Origin: an uncultured Stakelama sp.
GTDB taxonomy: Bacteria; Pseudomonadota; Alphaproteobacteria; Sphingomonadales; Sphingomonadaceae
DNA length: 47,040 nt
Direction: 5' to 3'
Assembly: GCA_964631905.1 (NCBI GenBank)
Contig: CAZWAL010000001.1
Location: 1-47,040, forward strand
Position 1 is the stretch's first letter. Each line of letters starts with the position of its first letter. Position numbers and translations under genes: made by a program. This document shows, piece by piece, positions 19,312-27,419 of this stretch. Below the pieces are notes generated by a model. That model saw only the letters and a program-made list of their open reading frames with translations. It was not told where the DNA came from and did no database searches.

Positions 19312-20805
19312 ATGGACGCGACCGACCCTGCACCAAGCCCCGCCGCACCACGTGGCATTGATCCCATATCGATCCTGGCGTTGCTGTGCCTTGCGGTCAT
19401 CCTGCTCAGCATGATCGGCGCGGCGGCGGGATGGTCGGCGATCAACCTAGGCACCGGCGAACGCGTGACCGTCACCAGCATGCTCGATGCCGAAAATGTC
19501 CGGCATCTGCTTGCCGAGATGCCCAGGACCTTTTTCGCCTTCGAGCCGCTCGGCATGGTCGTGCTGATCATGCTCGGTGCCGGCTTTGCGGAAAAAGTCG
19601 GGCTGATCGGCGCGGCACTGCGGGCGGCGCTGAAGAACGTGCCCGTGGCCGCCCTTACGCCGGCGATCGTGGTGATCGGCATCCTTGCCCATATCGGCAC
19701 CGACGCCGCCTATTTCGTCGTCATCCCGTTTGCCGGCTATGCCTTTGCCGCTGCCGGGCGGCATCCGCTGACCGGCATTTGCGCAGCCTTTGCCGGGGTG
19801 GGCGGCGGGTACGGCGCGAACCTGCTCGTCACCCCGACCGACGCGGCGGTCTACGGCATTACCGAAGCGGCGGCGCGCGTCGCCATCCCCGGTTTCACCA
19901 TCGACATTCTAGCGAACTATTTCCTGCTGGCGAGCTTTGCGGTGCTGGTCACGGTCATCGTCACCCTCGTCACAGACTTCTATCTCGAAAAGCGCATCGA
20001 GCGACGCTTTCCGATGCCTGCCGCCGTCGATGTCGAGGCAATCGAAGCGCATCGTTGGCTAAGTCTCAGCCTGGCCGTCATCCTGCTGATCGTGGCAATC
20101 GGCGCGGCGCTTGGGCTTGCCCCCGGCGCGCCCTTGCGGCTGCCCGACGGTGATCTGCGCCCCTTCTACAGATCCTTCATCGCCATCGTTTTTCTGGCGA
20201 TGCTCGGCGGCGGGTTAGTGTTCGGTTTCCTCAACGGTCGGCTGCGGCGGGACAGTGACGTTTATGCGCTGATGCAACAGGCGCTGGCCGAGACCGCGCC
20301 CTTCCTGCTGCTGATCTTCTTCGCCGCGCATTTCGGCGCGTTCCTCGGCTGGACGCATCTGGCCGAAGTCGGTGCCGCGAAAGCCGCGGCGGGGCTGCAA
20401 TATGTCAACCTGACCGGCGTGCCGCTGATCCTTGCCTTTTCCGCGCTGACGGCGGTGCTCAACCTGATTCTGCCGTCGACCAGCGCGAAATGGGCCATCA
20501 TGGCGCCTACCGCCGTGCCGATGATGATGGGTCTCGGCATCTCGCCCGAAATGACAGCCGCTGCCTATCGCCTGGGGGCGAGCGCATCCGAGCTGCTGAC
20601 GCCGACCGCGATGACCCCGATCGTTTTCGTCTTTGCGCAGCGCTATGCGCCGCAGCTGGGCTTTGGGCGCTTCCTGGGACTGATGCTGCCTTATGCCGCC
20701 GCGATCTTTCTGGGCGGGATGACGCTGCTGTTCGCCTGGGCGAGCCTCGATCTACCGCTCGGGCCGAGTGGGGCGCATGCCTCAATGCCCGTTTCCGCGC
20801 GTTGA
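19312..20805 (+). CDS. AbgT family transporter
   Basis: F.PLGMV...LGAGFAEK.G, GRHPLTG..AAFAGVGGGYGANL, ANYF, SAKWAIMAP..VPM, AAYRLG motifs; start MDATDP with GGAG RBS. Confidence 0.88.
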   Translation: MDATDPAPSPAAPRGIDPISILALLCLAVILLSMIGAAAGWSAINLGTGERVTVTSMLDAENVRHLLAEMPRTFFAFEPLGMVVLIMLGAGFAEKVGLIGAALRAALKNVPVAALTPAIVVIGILAHIGTDAAYFVVIPFAGYAFAAAGRHPLTGICAAFAGVGGGYGANLLVTPTDAAVYGITEAAARVAIPGFTIDILANYFLLASFAVLVTVIVTLVTDFYLEKRIERRFPMPAAVDVEAIEAHRWLSLSLAVILLIVAIGAALGLAPGAPLRLPDGDLRPFYRSFIAIVFLAMLGGGLVFGFLNGRLRRDSDVYALMQQALAETAPFLLLIFFAAHFGAFLGWTHLAEVGAAKAAAGLQYVNLTGVPLILAFSALTAVLNLILPSTSAKWAIMAPTAVPMMMGLGISPEMTAAAYRLGASASELLTPTAMTPIVFVFAQRYAPQLGFGRFLGLMLPYAAAIFLGGMTLLFAWASLDLPLGPSGAHASMPVSAR

Positions 20806-20808
20806 GGC

Positions 20809-21747
20809 TCAATCCACTAGAATCGCGGCGAGGGTCGCGGGGTCGAGGTTTCCACCGCTGACGATCGCCACGGTACGCGCCGGATCGATGTCGCTTGCCA
20901 GCGCCGCCATCATCGCGGTCGCGCCGGAGGGCTCGGCGACCAACCGCGCCTCGCGCGCCAGCCGGGCGATGCCGGCGCGCATCGCGTCGTCATCCACCAT
21001 CGCCACGCGGTCGACATAAGCCTTGATCGGGGGCCAGTTTGCCACGCCGAGCTGATTGGCGCGCATGCCGTCGGCGATCGTCAGCCCCGATTGCGCTTCG
21101 GGAATCGCGACCCGATCGCCGCCGGCGAGGCTGGCGGTGACATGGCCGCACAGCGCCGGTTCGACCGCGACGACGATCACCTCAGGCCGCAGCGACTTGA
21201 TCGCGGTTGCGACCCCGGCCGCCAGCCCGCCGCCCGACGCCTGGACGAACACCGCGTCGATATCCACGCAGTCCTCTGAGATTTCGAGCCCGACGGTGCC
21301 TGCCCCCGCAACGATCGCCGTGTCGTCATAGGGTTCGATCGGCGCGAGACCGCGTTCGTGCGCGATTTGCGTAGCGACGCTCGCCCGTTCGGTGAAGGCC
21401 GACCCGACGATGACCAGCTCCGGGTCCCATTGCCGGGTGTTGGCCAGCTTCAGGGCAGGCGCATTGTCGGGCATCACGATGGTCGCCTGTACGCCGAGCA
21501 CATGCGCGGCATAGGCCACCGCCTGGGCGTGATTGCCGCTGCTATGCGCAACCACGCCCCGCTCGCGCTGTTCCGCGCTCAGCGACAAGATCGCGTTGAA
21601 CGCGCCGCGCAGCTTGAACGCGCCGGTATGCTGCAGATTCTCCGCCTTCAATCGCAGTCCGCCCGGCGAAAGCCTGACAATCGGGGTTCGAACGACGTAC
21701 GGTTCGATCCGGACAGCGGCGGCGCGGATGGCGGCGAAATCGATCAT
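20809..21747 (-). CDS. PLP-dependent Ser/Thr dehydratase family protein (no ACT domain)
   Basis: KAENLQHTGAFKLRGA, SSGNHAQ, SGGGL, EPSGA, SGGN; 312 aa. Confidence 0.92.
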   Translation of the reverse strand: MIDFAAIRAAAVRIEPYVVRTPIVRLSPGGLRLKAENLQHTGAFKLRGAFNAILSLSAEQRERGVVAHSSGNHAQAVAYAAHVLGVQATIVMPDNAPALKLANTRQWDPELVIVGSAFTERASVATQIAHERGLAPIEPYDDTAIVAGAGTVGLEISEDCVDIDAVFVQASGGGLAAGVATAIKSLRPEVIVVAVEPALCGHVTASLAGGDRVAIPEAQSGLTIADGMRANQLGVANWPPIKAYVDRVAMVDDDAMRAGIARLAREARLVAEPSGATAMMAALASDIDPARTVAIVSGGNLDPATLAAILVD

Positions 21748-22700
21748 TGCGCGTCGAGGATCGCCTGGGCGACGTACAGATCCTGCAGCGCCGTGCCGGA
21801 GCTGTCGAAGATCGTGATCGCGTCATCACTGATTCTGCCAGGCGCTGCCCCCCGGACGACATCGCCGATCGCGGTCAATAGAAGGGCGCCTGCTTCCACC
21901 TGTGCGGCGACGTGCTGAAACTCGCCGATCGCCAGCGATTGCGCGGGCAGATCGCAGAACAACGCCCCACGCTCGACCAGCGCCACCGGCAGCTCCTGCT
22001 TGCCGCGCTGATCCGATCCCATACTCGCGATGTGCGTGCCGGGGCGCACCCATCCGGCCTCGATCACCGGCGCGGTTGCCGTCGTCACCGTGACGATGAT
22101 GTCGGCGGCACGGCAGGCGGTTTGCGCATCCACTGCCGTGACTGTTGAGGCGCAATCCTGCAACGCAGCCGCCAATGCCTGCGCCCGTTCGGTCGATCGG
22201 CTGGCGATCAGCACCTGCTCGATCGGGCGGACGGCGCAGAGCGCGCGGACCTCATGCTCGGCCTGATGCCCGGCGCCGATCACCGCCAGCGTGCGGCTGT
22301 CGGCGCGCGCGAGCAGCGACACTGCAACCGCGTCGGCCGCAGCGGTGCGCGGCCCGTTGAGGCGGCTTGCCTCGACGATCGCACGCAGCCGACCGGTCTC
22401 GGCGTCAAGCAGAAAGATCGAGGAGCCGTGCCGCGCCAGGCCGTGCAACTCGGCCCCCGGCCAGTAGGAGCCGACCTTCAGGCCGACCAGTCGCTCGCCC
22501 CCGGCCGCGCCCGACTTGATCGAAAAGCTTTGCCCCGGCGTCAGGCCAGCGCCGATGACAACAGGATTGAGCAAGCCGGAACCATCTGCGAGCGCCACCA
22601 GCGCGCGTTCGACCGCCTGATAGGCTAGCTGCGGTGTCAGCAGCCGGATCGCATCATCCTCGCGGACGACAACGAGCAGGGGTGGCACGCCGTGTTCCAT
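21744..22700 (-). CDS. Ornithine cyclodeaminase/mu-crystallin family imine reductase (BhcD-like)
   Basis: GLKVGSYWP, RTAAA, IGAGHQ, THIASMGSD..GKQEL, IGEFQH, ITIFDSSGTALQDL. Confidence 0.88.
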   Translation of the reverse strand: MEHGVPPLLVVVREDDAIRLLTPQLAYQAVERALVALADGSGLLNPVVIGAGLTPGQSFSIKSGAAGGERLVGLKVGSYWPGAELHGLARHGSSIFLLDAETGRLRAIVEASRLNGPRTAAADAVAVSLLARADSRTLAVIGAGHQAEHEVRALCAVRPIEQVLIASRSTERAQALAAALQDCASTVTAVDAQTACRAADIIVTVTTATAPVIEAGWVRPGTHIASMGSDQRGKQELPVALVERGALFCDLPAQSLAIGEFQHVAAQVEAGALLLTAIGDVVRGAAPGRISDDAITIFDSSGTALQDLYVAQAILDAQ

Positions 22701-22841
22701 ATCCCAGCGCTAGAATTGCCCGGCCGTGCTGTCCATTGCCACCCCGCCCGGCGCGTCCGATCATTAGCTTTTTGACCGCCGGGAATATCGCTTCGGCTGC
22801 CAAGGGGAGTAGCATCGTCGCAACGGCATGAGGTTGGTAGC

Positions 22842-24620
22842 ATGAAGCTCATTTGGTTCCTGGCGATGGCCACCGCGATCCTTGCTGCCTCGGCAGCTGC
22901 GCCGACATCAGGGCAAACAGCCCCGCCGGTCCTGTCGCGCCCCTATCAGGTCGCCTTCAATGTCGCGGTGCCGATGCGCGACGGGGTGACGCTGAACGCG
23001 ACCATCATTCGTCCCGCCAAGCAGACGGCCAAACTGCCCGTCGTCTTGATCATGACGCCTTACGGCGCGGACCGATACCACCCCGTCGCCGCCTATTTCG
23101 CGCAGCACGGCTATGTCGGTGCAATCGTCGAAGTGCGCGGGCGAGGTGACTCGCAGGGGACATTCAAACCCTATGTCAGTGACGGCGATGACGGATATGA
23201 CGCGGTCGAGTGGCTCGCGCAGCAACCTTTTGCTGATGGCCGGGTCGTCATGCGCGGTGCTTCCTATACCGGGCTCGTCCAATGGCAGGTCGCGGCCCGG
23301 ATGCCGCCTGCACTGAAGACGATCGTTCCCGCCGCCCCGTCCTATTACGGCGTCGATTCGCCCAGCTATCACGGGATCGGTAATCCCTATCGCACGCGCT
23401 GGTCTGCGCTGGTGATGGGCAAGCAACGCAACACGAGTTTCAACGAGGACCTGCCTTATTGGCGCGGCCTGTTCGCGGAGCTGGGGCGCGGCGAGATTGC
23501 GTTTGGCGATTTGTGGAAGGCGGCAGGATTCGCCAGGGAATTATGGCCTGAAGCAGCCGAGCATCCAGTACTCGACGCCTATTGGAAGACGATCAACCCG
23601 ACCCCGCAACAGCTCGCGAGGTTAAAGATCCCGGTGCTGAGCATCACCGGGGCGTATGACGGTGCACAAGCCGGCACGCTGGAGCATTGGGGTGCGTTCG
23701 TTGCCGCCAATCCGGCGATGGCCGCACGGAGCAGGTTGCTGCTTGGTCCCTGGAGTCACGCCGGCGTCACCACTCCTCAGCGTGCGCTGGGGGGGCTGGA
23801 ATTCGGCGACGAGGCAAAGCTCGATATGCTGGCGCTTCATCTCGCATGGTACGATCATGTCCTGAACGGCGCGCCGATGCCGCCGCAATTGCAAGGCACG
23901 GTGACGCATTATGTGATCGGCGATCATCGTTGGGCTGGCGCTGCGTCTCTCGCACCGGTGCCGGCACGTCACTATTGGCTGGCATCACCCGATAGCGATG
24001 GCGGAGCGATTACCCGAGCCGGCGAGCTCACGACGAGGGCAGTGCAGGACATCGATTCCTTTCGCTATGACCCGCGCGCTCCCGCGATCGCATGGCACCC
24101 CTTTTTCGGCGAAGAGATGGGTGCCAACCATTTGGTAAAGGATGAATTCGTTGCGGGAATGGATGGCAATGGCCTGATCTACGAAACCACCACCTTTGCG
24201 CGCGGTGCAGAGATTGTCGGGTTGCCGACGCTGGTTCTGAAAGCGCGCTATGACGTGCGCGATACCGATCTGACGGCGGTGCTCTACGACGTTGCGGGCG
24301 ACGGCACGGCGACGCTGCTGAGCTGGGACGCACTGCGGCTGCGCTATCGCGACGGGCTCGAAAGCCCCAAGCTGCTGACGCCCGGCAAGGTGGAGACGGC
24401 GACCTTGCACCTTGGCTGGATCAGCTGGCGGGTCGCTCCCGGCCACCGGCTGAGGCTGGTCGTCACATCGCCGGGCGTCAGTTTTCTGTGGCAGCGCAAT
24501 CGCAACTCGGGCGGCGACGTCGCGACCGAAACGGTCGCCGACAGCCGTGTCGCGACGATCGCCGTACAGCTCGGCCGGAACGGCAGCCGCCTCGCGCTGC
24601 CGGTTCGCGACCTGCCGTGA
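22842..24620 (+). CDS. CocE/NonD family hydrolase (S15), exported
   Basis: Signal peptide, VPMRDGV, TPY, RGRGDSQG, nucleophile GASYTG, GPWSH. Confidence 0.92.
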   Translation: MKLIWFLAMATAILAASAAAPTSGQTAPPVLSRPYQVAFNVAVPMRDGVTLNATIIRPAKQTAKLPVVLIMTPYGADRYHPVAAYFAQHGYVGAIVEVRGRGDSQGTFKPYVSDGDDGYDAVEWLAQQPFADGRVVMRGASYTGLVQWQVAARMPPALKTIVPAAPSYYGVDSPSYHGIGNPYRTRWSALVMGKQRNTSFNEDLPYWRGLFAELGRGEIAFGDLWKAAGFARELWPEAAEHPVLDAYWKTINPTPQQLARLKIPVLSITGAYDGAQAGTLEHWGAFVAANPAMAARSRLLLGPWSHAGVTTPQRALGGLEFGDEAKLDMLALHLAWYDHVLNGAPMPPQLQGTVTHYVIGDHRWAGAASLAPVPARHYWLASPDSDGGAITRAGELTTRAVQDIDSFRYDPRAPAIAWHPFFGEEMGANHLVKDEFVAGMDGNGLIYETTTFARGAEIVGLPTLVLKARYDVRDTDLTAVLYDVAGDGTATLLSWDALRLRYRDGLESPKLLTPGKVETATLHLGWISWRVAPGHRLRLVVTSPGVSFLWQRNRNSGGDVATETVADSRVATIAVQLGRNGSRLALPVRDLP

Positions 24621-26335
24621 AGCGTTGCCTCGCCGCGCTGCTGGTCGGCGCCGCCTTTTCCACCGCGAGCGCGCCGGCTGCGCGATATGATGTGCTGATC
24701 CAGGGCGGCCTGATCGTCGACGGCAGCGGCGGTGCGCCCTATCGCGGCGATGTCGGGATCACCGGGAAGCGGATCGCCTATGTCGGCGCGCACGCTGCCG
24801 GCGTTGCCACACGCGTGATCGACGCACGTGGGCAAGCCGTGACGCCGGGATTCATCAACATGCTGAGCCAAGCAGACGAGGCGCTGCTTGTCGATGGCCG
24901 CGCGCTCTCCGATCTCGCCCAGGGTGTCACGCTGGAGGTGATGGGCGAAGGCACCTCGATGGGGCCGCTCAGTCCGGCGATGCGCGCGCGGATCGCCAGC
25001 GATCAGGGCGATATACCGTTCAAGGTGACGTGGACGACGCTCGACGGCTTTCTGCGGACGCTGGAGCGGCGCGGCGTGTCGGTCAATGTCGCCTCGTCGG
25101 TCGGCGCGGGCGCGATCCGGGAAAATGTCCTGGGTCGCGATAATGTTCGCCCGACACCGGTGCAGCTCAAGCGTATGCGGCTGCTCGTCACGCAGGCGAT
25201 GGAAGACGGTGCGACCGGGCTTTCCTCAGCGCTGATCTACACGCCCGACACGTTCGCCGACAGCGCCGAGCTGACCGCGCTCGCCACCGAAGCGGGCCGG
25301 TGCGGCGGCGGCTATTGGAGCCATATCCGCTCCGAAGGCGATCATATCGTCGAGGCGGTCGATGACATGATAGCCCTGGCCGAGACAACCGGCGCATCAG
25401 CCGAGATCTTTCACCTGAAAGTCGTCGGCAAGGCCAATTGGCCGAAATTCGACGATGTCATCGCCCGGATCAACGCGGCGCGTGCACGCGGCGTGCGGGT
25501 CAGCGCCAACACCTATATCTATGAAGCCAGCTCGACCGGGCTGGATGCGAGCATGCCCGCCTGGGTGCAGGAAGGCAGCATCGACGACTGGATTGCGCGG
25601 CTGAAGGCACCCGAGACCCGCGCCAGTGCGCTTACCGACATGCGCGGCGATCCGCCCGCCTTCGAAAGCCGGTTGCGTCAGGCGGGGGCCGAGGGTGTGC
25701 TCATCACGGGCTTCAAGACCGATGCGCTCAAGCCGCTGATCGGGCGCCGCCTGGCCGACGTCGCCCGCGAACGCGGGACGTCGCCGGAGGAACTGGCAAT
25801 GGACCTGGTGATTGCCGATCACAGCAGGGTCAGCGTCGTCTATTTCGTGATGTCGCAGGCCAATGTCCGCAAGGCTGTCGCCATTCCCTGGGTCACCTTC
25901 GGGTCGGACGGGCCGGCGCAGGCACCCGAGGGCGCGTTTCTGCAATCGAGCACTCACCCGCGCACCTATGGCAATTTCGCGGGGCTGCTCGGGCGGTATG
26001 TCCGGGACGAGCGCGTTATCCCATTGGAACAAGCGGTGCACCGGCTGACGATGCTGCCGGCGCAGCGGCTCGGCCTGCACGACCGCGGGCAACTGAAAGT
26101 CGGTCAGTTCGCCGATATCGCGATCTTCGATCCGGCAAAGATCAGCGACCACGCGACCTTCGAACAACCACAGCAACTGGCGACGGGCATGAGCTATGTC
26201 ATCGTCAACGGACGGGTGGCGTTCGATCACGGCAACGTCACGCCGGTACGCGCCGGGCAGGTGGTACGCGGGCGTGGCTGGCGCGGGTGGAAGGACGGCG
26301 GCTGCCGCGCCTCAGCGCGCGACTGGCGGTGGTGA
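24617..26335 (+). CDS. N-acyl-D-amino-acid deacylase (D-aminoacylase) family, exported
   Basis: GTG start overlaps the CocE stop; signal peptide; DVLIQGGLIVDGSG, GLSSALIYTP, SHIRSEG, IFHLK, GSDG, HPRTYGNF, G.FADIAIFDP. Confidence 0.9.
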   Translation: MKRCLAALLVGAAFSTASAPAARYDVLIQGGLIVDGSGGAPYRGDVGITGKRIAYVGAHAAGVATRVIDARGQAVTPGFINMLSQADEALLVDGRALSDLAQGVTLEVMGEGTSMGPLSPAMRARIASDQGDIPFKVTWTTLDGFLRTLERRGVSVNVASSVGAGAIRENVLGRDNVRPTPVQLKRMRLLVTQAMEDGATGLSSALIYTPDTFADSAELTALATEAGRCGGGYWSHIRSEGDHIVEAVDDMIALAETTGASAEIFHLKVVGKANWPKFDDVIARINAARARGVRVSANTYIYEASSTGLDASMPAWVQEGSIDDWIARLKAPETRASALTDMRGDPPAFESRLRQAGAEGVLITGFKTDALKPLIGRRLADVARERGTSPEELAMDLVIADHSRVSVVYFVMSQANVRKAVAIPWVTFGSDGPAQAPEGAFLQSSTHPRTYGNFAGLLGRYVRDERVIPLEQAVHRLTMLPAQRLGLHDRGQLKVGQFADIAIFDPAKISDHATFEQPQQLATGMSYVIVNGRVAFDHGNVTPVRAGQVVRGRGWRGWKDGGCRASARDWRW

Positions 26336-27412
26336 CATTGCGGTCGCGAAGTCGATCAGCAGGCGGCTCCACGCTTCGTTGCTGATGAAGGCTTTGCCCG
26401 GTTTCGGACCCGGCGGCGTCCGGCTCCGCACAACAAGCACGGCGCCCAATGCCGGGATTACGGTCAGCTTATTGCCCCCGGCGCCATTGGCGGTGAAGCT
26501 GCCCTTCAGCGCGGGCGGCATGGTTGCAGGATAAGGTGTCGGCGGCATCCACCAGAGATAGCCGAAGCTGTCCATCGGCCCACCCCAACCCGCACTGCTT
26601 CGCTGCGTCGTGCTGGCCGCAATCCAATCGGCCGGGACGATCTGCCGCCCCTGCCAGCGTCCGCGATCGAGATAGAGTTGCCCGAACCGCGCGAGATCGC
26701 GCGCCGACAGCTTGAAACCATAGGAAGGATAACGCGGTGCAGTCGGATCGAAAGTATACAAACCGTCGCGGTACTGATCGAAATCCTGCATGCACAGCGG
26801 CCGCGCGATACGATCGGCAAAAGCATTGAAAAAATCGCGTCGGGTGGCGCGCCGATATATTTCGGCGAGCACGTTTGCGTCCCAGTTATTATAATAAAAA
26901 AAGCTGCCCGGGGCATGCGATCCCCGTGCCGGTCGCTTAGCCCGCGTCGCATCGGATTCGTCGGCGGCGGGAACATAAATGCCCGATCTCAGGGCGAGCA
27001 GGTCGCCCACCGTCGCCCCGCGCTCGGCTTCGGTCAATTCCTCACCGATGCCGAACCGACCGATTGGATGGGTGACCGATAGCGCCTCTTCAGTGACAGC
27101 GATGCCGAACAGCGCTCCCAGGATCGGCTTGCGGATCGATGCGGTCAGCATCGGTTCAGCCACTGCGCCCTGCGAAACGACAAGGCGACCGCCCAACAGG
27201 ACGACAACCGCGTCCGCCCCCTGCGCCACAGCATCATTGGCAAAGGCCGTGGCGACCGACAGTCTTGCCGGGTCCGCGCGATGATCGACCGGAAGCGGAC
27301 GGCAAGTCGATGCTGACGCTGACGTTGCAGCACCGAAGGCGGCAAGTGCAAACAATCCGGGCAGTCGCTTGCTCCGGGTCGTCACCCTCCAGCCGCGAGC
27401 CGTACCGCTCAT
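26312..27412 (-). CDS. SxxK serine hydrolase (beta-lactamase class C / D-peptidase-like)
   Basis: SIRK, APGSFFYYNNWD, LSARDLARFGQLYL..GRWQGRQIVP..W, FGYLWW. Start uncertain (27412 or 27385). Confidence 0.88.
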   Translation of the reverse strand: MSGTARGWRVTTRSKRLPGLFALAAFGAATSASASTCRPLPVDHRADPARLSVATAFANDAVAQGADAVVVLLGGRLVVSQGAVAEPMLTASIRKPILGALFGIAVTEEALSVTHPIGRFGIGEELTEAERGATVGDLLALRSGIYVPAADESDATRAKRPARGSHAPGSFFYYNNWDANVLAEIYRRATRRDFFNAFADRIARPLCMQDFDQYRDGLYTFDPTAPRYPSYGFKLSARDLARFGQLYLDRGRWQGRQIVPADWIAASTTQRSSAGWGGPMDSFGYLWWMPPTPYPATMPPALKGSFTANGAGGNKLTVIPALGAVLVVRSRTPPGPKPGKAFISNEAWSRLLIDFATAMSPPPVAR

Positions 27413-27419
27413 CTCCGCA

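Noticed and set aside
20809-22700. Complete beta-hydroxyaspartate cycle or ectoine utilization operon
   Set aside because: bhcA/bhcC and eutD/eutE/ehu genes are absent from the window.
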